Shown: positions 49,542-63,365, counted from the first letter of the stretch. The stretch: DNA of 64,000 nt from Epiperipatus broadwayi (GCA_028023455.1 JAQFVV010000006.1:7688001-7752000), one strand, 5' to 3'. Numbers and translations: made by a program. The notes: a model not told the origin generated them from the letters alone.

Positions 49542-51943
49542 TAAAATGAAGATAAGTTTAACGTGTAACAAGTGAAGATTACATTTGGACTAGCTGCACA
49601 GATTATTTTCGTTTTCATGATTAAACAAACTCTATAACCACAAAAACTAATTATAATCTGTAGGGCCAGAATATATTTGCTTTATCCTCATGTTTTCTAT
49701 AAATAGTATAAATTCTCATTATTAAGACCTATCTAAAAATGTATGGGAATAATGTAAGATATACTTTTAAATTATACTCTAGATGATTTAGCAGAAGCAT
49801 TCAAAATAAAATTACAATGTAAATATCAGTACAAGAATATTTAATATCATAGATACAATTTGAAGTGGGAGGACTAACAATGCTATTTGAAGTGGGAGAA
49901 CTAACAATGCTATCTCTGGAGTAAACAATCATATTGAATGTAGAACTTGCAATCATTCACAGTTAAATTATGAATTTTATCTATTTATTGTAATACTAAT
50001 AATTTTAATTTCACATAAATGATCTTTACTGCTGATCAAATATGTAACAGAAAAATATAAATACTTCAAGTATATGGATGTGATTAATCCATGAAGTATT
50101 CATTGTAATATTATACGGAGCTCGAATAAACTAGAATGCAAAATACAGAAAGTTACACATCATGATTCTACTGTAATTACAAACCTTTCTCAAACAGAAA
50201 TCTATCCAAAGTTCATGTGAATGATTTAAGTACTAAAATAGTTACAATAAACCCAATTTAACTATTTATATGTTATCAGGATATTATTACAAATTTAAAT
50301 TTTACTTCATTATCAATCATGTTTTTAATCCAATTTACCAGCTTCAAATTATACACCACAATAGAATAATTGAGTACAGTTATCAAGTGACTTTTGAAAA
50401 AATCCTAGTTCAAAATCCACTTCTTGAGATAGAATATTCTTATCCCACTTGATGTGCTGAAAACTGAAGTCTAAAATTATAATTATCCTTAACTCTAGGA
50501 CAGAACTATTCAAAACCTGGTCCATAGGGTGCATGCAACAGTAGTTAGAATTTCTGCAATCAGCTAGAGGTTTTAATTTTTTTGAATGGAACAATAAAAT
50601 AACTTCAATTGAATGCATAATAGATATTTTGATTCTATCACCAATCAATAATCTTCATGTTGATATTATTATCTGGTGTTTTTACATCACTATTTAAAAA
50701 TACACCCCCATATTTTCCAAACATAAGATGCATTAAAGATGCATCCTCGCATTATTTTGATCCAATGCCCATTATCTGATCATTCATGGTTGCCATGCAC
50801 ATGATTAGAGCACAATTAGGTTTCTGTTTATTATTTTGGATGTAGCCCTTAGATAAATATACTTTTTTAATGCAGTCTTGGATTATTTAATTCATTTGAG
50901 GAAATTTGGTAACTTTGATGAAAATTTTAAGGCATTTTGGGGTGTTATGATGCCATAGCTATCGCTTTGTCTTGTCTTCACTATTTTATCATTATCTATA
51001 ATATTAGCTGTCCTGACATTTCTTTTTTTTTAAGTAAAAATTAGAATTACAAAAAAAATCTGAAAATATATCGGTATCGTAATGACTTCATACAAATATC
51101 ATTCAAATTTCAATCTCAAAGAAAGCCGACAATGCCTGATTGGGTTGTATTGTAATATAAAAAAACTGACAGCATCCCTGAATTGATATATTATTTGCTA
51201 CCAGGCTTTTCAGAGCATGCTTTCTTCTTTTAGTATTTCAGAAAGAAAAAATGTAATTGTCAGTAATTTATTTACATATTTAAACTTACTTAGGCAATAA
51301 TTTATTTAAAACCAAAAAAATATGTGACTAGAATTAGATTTTATTTGAAAATGTTTGTTTTTTTAAAAATCCAGATCCTAAAAATGTAGTTAACATAAAG
51401 TGGAAGCTGTTTTTATTGTCTAGCAAGAATTGCCAGCGAAGAAATCTTTTGTGAAAGTTTGATATTAATCAGTGTAATTTTGAATTTTAAAACAATATTT
51501 TATTCTTTTATCATGTCTCAACTAAAATTCATTTCCATTTTAAAAATAAAATTTAAATAAGACATATTTTGTTCAATAATTTTTAGCAATAGGCAAAATT
51601 ACAATCCAATAGGAAAAGAGCAAATATGGCCAAAATTATCATTAGAATCTTTCCAATAAGAATGGGAGGAATTGGACCATAAATGAGTTATTACTTAAGG
51701 TTGGATAGTTTGATGTAGTATGAGTCAATTTGTGAAATTGGATCAGTGATTACCAGCTTGTAATATGTGGACCATTTATGGTATTATTAGGTCGAATCAA
51801 CAGGTATGTTACTAAATTGGTATTAAATTTCCTTTTAACATTTTTTTTTCTCCTGATTCTCACTACAAATGATACTTAGGTAAAATCATTGAGTAATATT
51901 TTGTGGATTTGTTTATAGTACTATTTTACAACTCTTTCAATGT

Positions 51944-52833
51944 TTCATAAATATTACCAAAATCACACTTTTCTTTATGTTTGCCATAATATCATATAAA
52001 TACAATTTATCCAAACTTCAAACACTTTTTAGCAAACTTTATTTGTACATACACCTAAGTTTCGACTGACCTGCAGTCTTCTTCAGAGCTATGATATAAT
52101 GAACAAAATAAAAAAAACAACTATATAATAACACCATAAAAAAATTTTTAAACAATAAAAAAACTAAAAACAACATAAAATATATATATTAAAAACCTGA
52201 AATAAATAATCAAACCCAAATAAAACAATTAATACAAAATAAAATGTACTACATAAATAAAAAATAAATATAAATTATACATGTGTATTCTTAACTTTAT
52301 ACATATATACATTCAAGGACAACTATTAATCTAAATATTATCTATTTTATTATTATTAATTTTAAAAGAAGAATGAGTAAGAAAATAATAAATATGATTT
52401 AAAATTAATAGAATTTTAGTTACTAATCATAAAGTTTAAGTTTATGAAGAATACAGATAATTAGTAGATTGTTAATAATAATAAAATAGATAATATTTAG
52501 ATTAATAGTTGTCCTTGAATGTATATATGTATAAAGTTAAGAATACACATGTATAATTTATATTTATTTTTTATTTATGTAGTACATTTTATTTTATATT
52601 AATTGTTTTATTTGGGTTTGATTATTTATTTCAGATTTTTAATATATATATTTCATGTTGTTTTTAGTTTTTTTATTGTTTAAAAAATTTTTTTATGGTG
52701 TTATTATATAGTTGTTTTTTATTTTGTTCATTATATCATAGCTCTGAAGAAGACTGCAGGTCAGTCGAAACATAGGTGTATGTACAAATAAAGTTTGCTA
52801 AAAAGTGTTTGAAGTTTGGATAAATTGCATTTA
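51944..52833. mobile_element. Young family A fold-back with 11-bp TSD and two core-intact hammerheads
   Basis: Arms 51996-52359 and 52472-52834, tail 51944-51995, TSD TCTTTCAATGT at 51933-51943 and 52834-52844; CTGAAGA-A-GACTG-CAGGT-CAGTC-GAAAC at 52060-52086 (-) and 52744-52771 (+). Confidence 0.9.
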
Positions 52834-53179
52834 TCTTTCAATGTCTGTTATTTCACCTTCCTCTGCTGACACTGATATATCATATGAAACTTGAGTTTTA
52901 TCAATCGTATACATCTACTGAATAAAAGCAATTGTTTTTAGGACATCGTGATATTACATATACGAGAGTAATTTGCAACTTAAACATAGTTGCTCTCATA
53001 ATGCTAATTTCACATTCCCGCCACTAATAGTGGCACTCCACATGAAAAATGTTTTACCTTCCAATGCAAATTATGATCACAGCTAATAATGACTCCAGCT
53101 AAATCACATTAAAAACTTACTATTTATATTCTTACAACCCTCTTTAGTTGAAGGTTTCCATTACTTTTTAGTATATTAC

Positions 53180-53680
53180 ATGTACCCATGTTGTGGTCTG
53201 GGTTAACTGATGAGTGCTGGTTCAGCCCAAAATGTGCACCTTGGGGATCACAGATCTTTTTCACATGAATGTGGTCATATGTTGATGATTACAGCTTTCC
53301 ACAAAGTGTTAAAAGTGGATAGAAACCATTCCCTACATTGCATGAGAGTGGTATAGTGAAAATTACTCTACTGAACTATTATTCATTATTGGATAACCTT
53401 GACATTTATCAATTAACTCATAGTAATATGCTATCTCTCTATATATATACTAAATAATGATAAAGATATGTGTAAGAGATTGTAGTCTGGGCTAACTAAT
53501 GACTTCTGGCTCAGCACAAAATAGGCAGTTGGAAGATCATAGATTTTTTTTTATATCTTTGATCATATCTTTACAATTACATCCCTCCACAAAGTGTTAA
53601 AGATATATAGAAATCATACCTTGCATGAGAGTGGTGTAGTGAAAATTACACTACAAATATTATTCACTATTGGTTAGCAT
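53180..53680 (+). mobile_element. Family C direct tandem (period ~300 bp)
   Basis: TGTGGTCTGGGTTAACTGATGAGTGCTGGTTCAGCCC near 53192 and TGTAGTCTGGGCTAACTAATGACTTCTGGCTCAGCAC near 53481. Confidence 0.7.
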
Positions 53681-55975
53681 ATACCCATATACTTTATTAA
53701 CAATCTTAATATGATAAACACATCTTCATTTAAACTGATATCTGATCTGTATAATTATACAAGTGAGTTGACTCAGCTCCAGAACATGAAAAGTTTTTTT
53801 TTTAAATCCACATATTAGCGTACAAAAGAATAAAAAAAAAAAGAGAGAGAGAGATAGCTGCAAGATGCACAAGGACGTCAGTTTCTACTTTGAATCCTAA
53901 GTCATTACTAACAAAGGAAAAAGCAAAGTGATGTGGTGGTGTGGATATTAGAACTCTATAGCATCCGGAATCCATTGATTACTCAGGGTTCAGTAGACGG
54001 CCGTAAAGAAACTGCTCTTGGTAGTTTTTCTGTGATAGATCTTATATACTAATCAGCATCCCATTTCTTGCATAGACCAAACCATTTTTCTCATTGGTGC
54101 ATATATGAGTGCTGAGTCCTCTATCTGACGTCTGGTTGAGCACCAACACAAATTGAATACTAGAGGATAACAATAAAGTAAAAATGTTTGATCATCATCG
54201 GCCGTAATATGCCAATTTTTATTATTTTCTTCAATTTCAGAATTGCATTATAAATTCTTTTTTTTTTTTGATAAATGATTTTCCTCTATCAATATATACA
54301 TGTCGATTTTGTTTATGTGGGTACAAATTCTTATTTTTATATTTGCACGTCTTCACTGCCGATCAGTTATTTCGTAGTAATTAATTTCTGATCATTGTAA
54401 TTAACTTCCGGTAAAACTTCTATTAGTACCTGTTAATAAATATTCATGCTGCGAATATTCAATCTCTTCTCTAAACGCGAACCATGTTTTTCTCTTCACT
54501 CGGTCGGGTATGCGCAGCTTAATTAGTTCTTACTTTATTAAACTGCATACAAAGTAGAGTACTTAAAGGCAACAAAGTTATCCATTAGTGTAAAAGCGCA
54601 AAAGAAATTCGTGTTTCTTTAAATTGCCATAAAAAAAAAAAAACAAGTAAGTTTTTAACTACAAAGATTGTAAAAAAAACATCGCGCACAAATGATACAA
54701 TAAAGAAACTTGATTCAAGGTAAACTTTATTTAATTCTATAATATCATTTATTCCAGCAAGTAATACGCGTTAATTTATTTACAATATCATTTAACAATC
54801 GGCTTTTTACGGCTTAAAGTATATAAACAGTAAATTATTATTTTGAGGTTTACTCCTCAATTTTAAAGAATAGAAATGCAAAAGATAAATAACTAAATTG
54901 AGTGATTTTAATAAATATACAAAATTTATCAAAAATTGAAACATGTGTTTTATTTAATCACAAAACTGATACAGACCAACTTATACAAAAAGTCACCGGG
55001 GTAATTGTTTACAATATTCAACATAATTATGCTCGTAACTATGACAACAGATGTCAACATAAAAACTATTTGCTTATGCCTATAACCCAACTCATTAAAT
55101 ATTTACATACTTTTACTTCTAGTTTAATTCATAATTTATTTAAATTAAAATCAATAAATAAAAATACAATTAAAACAAATTTATAAAATGGAGGAGTGGG
55201 AGGGGGGGGGGATTTAAAATGAAAATATTTTTTCCGTAATAAAATATAGTGCTATTAATTTTTTAATTCTTACTTGGTATTATATATGAAAAATAATTAC
55301 TTTGATACTATGAACTTTTATACTATAATAGTATATCCGTAAATATGAACAACAATAGCAAAAAATATTAAAAAATTACTTGAAAATTAAAGATGCCTAA
55401 AGAAAGAGGGGGGCATACATAAATTATAAAAAAAAACAACAATATATAATGATATTCTTATTCGAAGTCTGTATTTCTTCAAAGTTATATACTTAATCTT
55501 GTAATTGAATATTAATAAATAAAAATAATGTGTATAAACTAATCAAAAAATTTTCAATAAGATGTAAAAAAAACAAGGTGAACGGAAAAGTCATTCACTT
55601 ATGATGAAAGGTAAAAACGATTTTAAAACGGGAGGGGGAAATGATGAAAATTCAAAATATACACATAAACAAAGCAATGAAGTTTATAGGAAATTCTTTG
55701 ATAAGATTTAACAAAAAATAGCTAGCATAATATACTCCAGTAAAAATTCTTTCTACGCCAGCATTTCTTAGCATTGGATGTATGTTATTCCATCACAGTT
55801 CATATCATTTTATCCAAAAATTAAGATAACTCATTTGAGTAAAACCAAGAATTCAAAGTTCAAGTCATTCTAAAAAATTAAATAGGATTTTGGACCCCCA
55901 AATGTTCCATATTTGGGGGGGGGGGGAGCTTCTGATTTTTGGCATTCGTTAAACACTTTAGATGGGATGTAGTTT

Positions 55976-56086
55976 TTTTTTTTCCATATGTCATAGCATC
56001 GGCCGGGACGCGAACCCACAACTGTCTGCAACCAACTGCTTGCTTGCAAGGCTGCTGCGATGACCTCTCGGTTAACAACGCTTGAC
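55976..56086 (-). mobile_element. tRNA-Gly-derived SINE S1, long subtype, 16-bp TSD
   Basis: TSD AGATGGGATGTAGTTT at 55960-55975 and 56087-56102. Confidence 0.9.
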
Positions 56087-56759
56087 AGATGGGATGTAGT
56101 TTATTCTGATTTATCACATAATACAATCTTTTAAAATATTCTTGTTAAAATACAAAATATTCTATACTTAAAATTAATGGGCTTCTTGTTTTTATTCTCT
56201 ATAACTTTTGTCTTTTTCCATTTTATGCAATGCAAAATATTTCTTTCAAATTGAATCAGTAAAAAAAAAAAAATCAAAACTACAAGAGAAATTCATAACA
56301 TGCAAATGTGCACATGAATATAAAAGCACACGCACACTAAAAAGTAAAATATATCAAATATACACACGTATAAAATAACAGATTGAAAATGAGTATATGA
56401 ATTGTGTTTTGAATAACTTTACGAAATGATTAATTCGAAAGAGCATTCATAAAAAATATTGTGTATATATCTTTTTGGAGTAGACAATTTAGTTATGGTT
56501 TAATAAAATGATTCATTAATTAAAGAGGTCTATCACAGCCTATTAATTAAAACAATATTTAATTTAATGATAGGGGAGTGATCGCAGTTTATTTAACTCT
56601 CACTATTTCTTGTCGATGTTCACATACTTATTTTCTTTAACTCTAAGGTTCTCATTATTCCAAGTCATAACATTCTTTTAATTCCTGTCTATTTAATAAA
56701 AGAGAATAATAGTTGTCATAGTTTATTATTCCAAATACTAACTCTTTATCTCTGCTAAT

Positions 56760-59700
56760 TTCTAATTGTTGGCATCACCTGGAATATAAACTTAGAGATG
56801 GATTACTGTCTAAATGTTGTTACAGATATTAAACTTTATTTTTTTCATTTCTCTCTACTCAAAGTCATTTAGATTTTGCAAGCTGAATATTTTACAGCTT
56901 AAGAAAATGATCAAAAATTTTAATCAGACAACAGAAATAGCGACAAGAAATGCTTCTTGCAAATGGGACATCTACCATGTTAGTGACCAAGATGTTGTCA
57001 AAATATCTGGTGGAGAGACTGTTTTGTCTCTTAATATGATTGTTTCTAGTTTATCCTTGGAATTGTTTAGGTGATTTCTACTGTTGTCATTGTATAGAAA
57101 ATTATATCTTTTGCACCATAGTGCATAGGGTATAAATGTAGTAATAGAGATTTCTGCAAAGTTTGCATTTGGGAACAGTTGTATGAATGAGTGAATGTTG
57201 CTATTCTTTTTTCTATGCATTGAGTTTATATAAGTTCTGATAGGTTCTAGAATATTGCATTTAAACAGAAAATGACTCTGTTCCTCTTCTTCTACTGTGA
57301 CAAAGGTCTCACACAGCATCATACTGTTATAATATCTTTTGTATTTAAGGAAATGTAATGTAGGCAGTGAACTCATGTTTAATTTTATGAGAAAATCAAA
57401 ATATTTGGGTTCAGGTGTCCAGTGCTTGAACCTTCAGACAAGTTGTTTGTGGTTAATCCCCAGCATTGATAAGATTCTTGTATTATCTGTGTTTGGATAC
57501 AATGTAGGTTTTCTAATAGTTGCATTTGCCTTGATGAAATTCTTTTTTAAGACTTGTGGATGGGATAGGTTCAAGAATTGTTGCCCATTGTTTTAAGTCA
57601 TGGAGGATGTTTATCTGTTGGGATAACCCTAGTCATTTTTTCAATTTGAGGTAGATTTTCTTCATACATGGCAAGAGATTGACTGTCTTTTGTACTCTTC
57701 TATATATGTGTATTGAGTGCAATCCTAATCCATTTCTACTTGGGTCTGTCTATAATTTTTTGATTGAGAGGGCAGCAGTTTCTTCTCCCCACAGAAGTTT
57801 TTGACACAATGAGTAAACTCCTATGGTGAATGATTTTGTGAAAATAATTACTGGGATATAGTATGTAATTTTTGTCATAATTAACATGTGTAAGATAGGC
57901 TTTTGACAATGATATTATTGTGTTTATTTATTGAATTTGTTAGTTTGCTCTGTATCTGCTTTTGCATCACCATGTAGATTACATGGAATGGAAATCTGAA
58001 GTATGTGATGTTTTTCTTTTTAAATATTTCTGTGTTGTTTTTTTCTGTATATGAGCCACACACATGATTTGTCTAAATTGAACTCCAGTTTACATGTACT
58101 TGTGTATTCATTTAATATCATTATTAATGTTGGAAGCTGTTTTTTTGTTTATAGGAAGACTGTGACATCATCCATTTATGTGATACATGATATATTGTTT
58201 TTTAGCATGAGTATATATATATATGCCTGGGAGTTATTATTCTATTGCATTAAGCAGATTTAAGTACACAGTGAGTAAAAGGGTGCTGAGTGATGAACCT
58301 CGAGGAATCGACTAATTTAGAATAAATGAAAGTGATATATTTCCATTTAATGTTTTGATAATTTCTCTGTTAATTAGTAGACTTGTAACTAAGTATACTA
58401 TAGGTTTAGATATTATTGTTTTAATAATTATCTTTACAAGAATTTTCAACTGGTATTGAATCAAAAGCTGTTTTTATGTCCAGCTGTATTACCATTGGAC
58501 TATATTTCTTAGCACTACTTACACTGTCAATGATTGTTTAAAACAATTGAGCTGCTTGAACCATTAATCAACCCTTCCTTGAAAATTGTGCAAGTGATAT
58601 TGTTGGTAGTATATATGGTTCAATTTTTTCTTTAATAATTTTTTCTAGGAGTTTGATGCCCAATGGACGCATAGATATAGGCCTGATATTTTACAATATT
58701 GTTGGTGAAATGGGTTTTGCAGAAGGTTGCCAAACAATATTGGAAATAGACCTCTTATTTTATATAGCTATTTAGGTAAAAAGTTGGTCATGTTAGAAAG
58801 AAGTCTTGATGTAAATTGACTAAGAAGTGAGATTTCAAATTTTGGTATACCAGGTGATCCTGGATAGCATGTATCTGGCACTTTTTCTAGCCATTCTAGG
58901 AAGTCTAGAGGTTTGAAGATGTCTCATGTATCTACATCATCAAAATATCTAGAAGGAGGTTCAAAGGCTTTTGTTTTTTGTATTTTTTTCTTGAAGTCAT
59001 ATTGTCACCAGTTATCGTATCACCTTCTCATATTCACTCAAGGCCAAAAGAAATCCGACTGGGAGTGGTTGTCCCAGAGCCAAGCACATGTACTTTTTTT
59101 GACTATGTGTGCGGCTGTGACACAAATAACCTCTTTTTTGCAGTCAGGTACTCGGCCAGCACTTCACAGGTAGATTTCTATTTCTTTGTCAACGCTAACA
59201 TCAATTTTCTGTTATCTATTGGAGGTATGCTTTAGGTAATTCATTTGCATAGCTGATCTATAAGGGTTAAAAGCTTTGATGGAGGAATGGATCCTCTAGT
59301 AATATGGTTTATTATATGAGAAACTATATTTGTGAAGACTATCCATTCTTGTACTGGGTCAAGAACAATATCTTTCAGTTTAAATAGTAAAATATAAATT
59401 TCATTGAATAGAAACTAATTTTTGTTCACCACAAAATTCTTATAGTTTTTTGGTACTGACTAGAATAATTGACTAATTTTAGATTAAGTTTAACTATTAT
59501 TGAAGAATGATCTGAGCTGGGAAAGAGAACTAGCTTGGTTGTGAATACATGATATAACATTGGAGAATAAAATACAAGGTCAACAAGGGATGAATGTCTG
59601 CCACTGTGAAAGAAGACTGAATTATTTAATAGAAATCCCTCTCCACTCATTAGAGATATATTGATGAGGTGCAGTCATTTTGAGACAAAAATGCCATATC

Positions 59701-60130
59701 TCATATTAAAATCTCCCAATAATAACGGAGGGCTTGTTGAATTGGAGCAAAAAAAAAAAAAGAATTTAAAACTAATATTATTTTATTAAATGTTCTTTGA
59801 ACTGGAAATAGGTAGTTTTATTGTTTTATGGTTAATAGTAATGATTAATAGATGCTCATCTATCTACAATATTCTGAAAGAATTGAAGTTACAGAATCTG
59901 GTTATTATCACCCCTATGCCTGCTAATGGTCCAGATAATAGCCTTGAAAGTGCTGTGTAACCTGATATCTTAAGATAACTAGATGGATCAATTCAAAATC
60001 CTGCATAAATTTTTGTTTCAACCAGGCCAATATCTGATTTTAGTATATCCAACCACTTTGTGAGTTGAAATTCCTACTGACTGAGTTTAGACCTCTAATG
60101 TTTAGTAACCCTATATTAAATTTCATAACT
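56760..60130 (-). pseudogene. Decayed near-complete LINE ORF2 (APE endonuclease, RT, C-terminal zinc finger), L1/Tx1-like
   Basis: LLNIRGLNS (~60100), IGLVETK (~60020), ILGDFN (~59715), SLVDLVF...SSDH (59426-59650 ORF), YRPISMRPLGIKLLEKII (~58680), DIKTAFDSI (~58465), IPRGSSLS (~58300), EEEQSHFLFKC...ALWCKR (56972-57376 ORF). Confidence 0.8.
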
Positions 60131-60851
60131 GATATTCATTCCTCTTTACACCAAACCTAACTAATTACACATAAATAAAAATTAGTAATGTAAATTAATT
60201 TGAAAATCTTTTTATGTCATTTTGGAACCAATTATATATAAGAGAACAATATGGTGACTTGTAAACACAATCTATATATTAGTTATTAGGCCTAAATATA
60301 TTTATTTGGTGAGCATGATTCAACTATGGGTGTATTTTTATGTTTGTAGTTGGAGCTTTTATTTGACTGTATTTGTTCTGTAAAACTATTTATATGTTTT
60401 GAATATGCTATACCTATCTCTTCGTCATCCACCATGTCATCTTCCTTTATTTGAGTTTTTAAATAATTTCCATCAAAAAAGACAAGACATCTTGAATGTA
60501 TTACATGCTATTCAAAAGTCATGTGACCCTAACCAAAGGTTTCTCATAAGTGTTATGAATTCTATTATCTAAATTACAGAAAATGTACGATATGTAAGAA
60601 TTAAGGGATTAAACTCTAAAAATCCTTTCTACCTCGCATTCTTTTATATAAAATTTTATTACTTCTATGTTTTGCAATTTTATTTTATTATTATCTCAAA
60701 CTTACTGCAACATTTATGGTAGGGTCATGTGATCTATGAAATGATCTATGACTTTTATTTTGACTATATAAAAACAAATTTAATAATTAATTAAAGTAAA
60801 AGAATAGACTGAGATATGAATTATTATATATCTAATTACACAACTTCAATT

Positions 60852-61076
60852 AAATTGGAAGGCTGAAACCTCTCATATGCACTTTTTTTAGAATGCTTGT
60901 ATGACAGCCAATCAGATGTAAAATCTGCATCTTGTGTTGTGATTTGAGAGCCCTCTAGACAGCTATCATTACATCTGATTGGCTGTCATACAAGCATTCT
61001 AAAAAAGCACATGTGAGAGGTTTCAGCCTTTCAATTTAATGTCAAACTGCTTGCGCTTTATAAATAAATATTATTT
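60852..61076. mobile_element. Small fold-back insertion with 12-bp TSD, family unidentified
   Basis: Arms 60849-60921 and 60969-61040, tail 61041-61076 containing AATAAA, TSD ACAACTTCAATT at 60840-60851 and 61077-61088. Confidence 0.8.
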
Positions 61077-61978
61077 ACAACTTCAATTGTAGGCTATCCA
61101 AAGAAAAATATATGAATAAATAAACAAAAAACATTAAAATTTATAAATTTTATTATATTCGGCAGTCATTTTTCTTTCTATGAATGCTGTACATGGCTAT
61201 ATATATATATGAATAAAATTTGTTTAGTGAATGTTGAAAACATACATTTTATTCTTTCTTTATTACCCTTTCTGAATTTGATGTGTAACATTTTACATAA
61301 ACTATTTGCTAAGAGTAACGTTAAAAGTTTTACAAAAATTTAGAACATACATACAAGTTAATATTAATTTTAAAATATTAAAATAATTAGAGAAATTATA
61401 ATTTCTTGATAAAGAACTAGTTTCTATAAGAGAAAAATTTTATTAAAAAAAAAAGAATAATATGCAAAGCATATATATTTAATAGGATTTTGCTATTTAC
61501 TTTATTTTAAAAATGAACATACAATAGTTTTTTTCCCTATTCTTATTGCTTCAGTAATGCATAAGTAAACACACATTTAGTAACCATTTGTTACTATTAA
61601 TAATTATTATTTTAAAATCTTGCTTATACTATAATCTTGATTTATATGCATACTATATATATATATAAGCATCTATTATATATATATGTATGTGCATGTT
61701 GAAAAGTACTGTATACTTGCAGTTCAATGAACAATAAGTATTGTATTATAATGTATGTTTGTCAGCAAACCATGACCTATTATACACTATATATGTAGAA
61801 TACAGGAGGGTGGGGGCTTGGAATAAACTCCACTGTATTAAACTCCTAGAAAATGAAAATTTTAAATTAATTAAAATTAGCACAATTCCTCTAGAAATCT
61901 TATTAACCACTTAGATACACTTTTTCTTGAAATTTATAAATATTTCATAAACATTAGTGGACAAACTCTCGGTAAAAA

Positions 61979-62087
61979 ATCAAGAATTGGTAGCCGAGAG
62001 GTCAGCGCAGCCGCCTTGCAAGCAGTTGCTTCCAGATAGTTGTCGCGGGTTCGCTTCCCAACCGATGCTTTGACATAGGAAAAAAAA
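61979..62087 (+). mobile_element. tRNA-Gly-derived SINE S1, long subtype
   Basis: TGGTAGCCGAGAGGTCAGCGCAGCCGCCTTGCAAGCAG...GCGGGTTCGCTTCCCAACCGATGCTTTGACATAGG + A-tail. Confidence 0.85.
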
Positions 62088-63149
62088 GTTTTAATAACTT
62101 GTGTTTCTATGTAAAAAGAATTTTATACAACTTGATAAACTGTTTAAATGGTTGCCAGTAACAATTTTAAATAAAAAAGTTAAATAAGAATTACTGAATA
62201 TTTCAGATCCTATGGCATGTTTAGTTATTAAATATTGATCTTATTGACTTCATGATGTTTGCTTCTGTTTTAATAGCTTATTAACATCTACAAAACAATC
62301 AAGATTCATAAATTTGTGAAAGAATAATTTGCAATCATTACCTTTTTTGAGTGGTAAATATCAAATTTCAAGGAAGATTTTATGTGACATTTAATACTTG
62401 TTATATAGGAGAAAACATGATTCAAACTCATTAAATAATTCATCTACTTATCAAACATCTATAGAACTATCAGCTATCCCCAATATCTTCATGAATTTTA
62501 TTTTATTTTTTCTTTTCTTACTATGTTTCAATAATTCTATGTTTTAAAAAAAAGTATTCTCCTTTTTTTTTTTGTCTTCTATCTATCTTTAAACTTAAAT
62601 AAACAAAATGTTTCAAAAAAAGCAAGAAGAGCCAATGGAAAAGAGCGAAGGATAATGAATATTAATTATATATCATATTTTAGATGCCTTAAATTTAATT
62701 ATATTTGTATTTTATCTAGAGTTAGTCAGTTTATGTTTAATAAAGAATTATGAAATTAACAAAAAAAATGGTTTTCAAATGTGCGCTTGTATATATAAAT
62801 GTTTTTTTAATTAATTAAAGTAGTAATGAACGTTTAATTTAAATAAAACTTTCTTAAAGTGATTATTATTATCAAAATCTTGAAAGTTAATTAAAATGTA
62901 AGAAAGTTAAGATTTCACTTATTCTATGTTACATCTGGAAATATTATATCTGTCAAAACTTTAGTTAGCACAAATTTAAATAGATGTTTAATAAATTTTT
63001 ATATTGATTTAGCATTGTTTGAGAATATGGCTCTTTTGTATTAGACCTCTGCTGTGAAATATCTAACTTTGCAATCTACCTGCATGAGATCTTTGAACAA
63101 ACTTAATCCATTTTCTTTACTCCAAAATCAAAATAATGAGCAATCACTG

Positions 63150-63365
63150 GGGCAGACTGAACTTTTTGATGTCCTTCAAAATGGAAATGAAATGGTCAGG
63201 TTTTTTTTTTTTGTACATTCTCCTCCACATAAATTCAGCCAATGCAGATGTGCAGTTCCTCATTGTTTTTTATTCCATCATTTGACCGCACCACAGAGTC
63301 TTTCAATATTCTATGTGTGAATAATAATTTGTGAATCTATAAAGTTCTAACTGTGGTTGATCCAG
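63150..63365 (-). pseudogene. Merlin (IS1016/ISXO2-like) transposase C-terminal relic
   Basis: INHS*NFIDSQIIIHT*NIERLCGAVK*WNKKQ*GTAH, then AEFMWRRM after a frameshift; matches VNHS.NFVDP.TG.HTQNIERLW...K...K..RGT...YLAEF.WRR. Confidence 0.8.

Noticed and set aside
49860-49912. 26-bp tandem duplication
   Set aside because: Ordinary slippage product.
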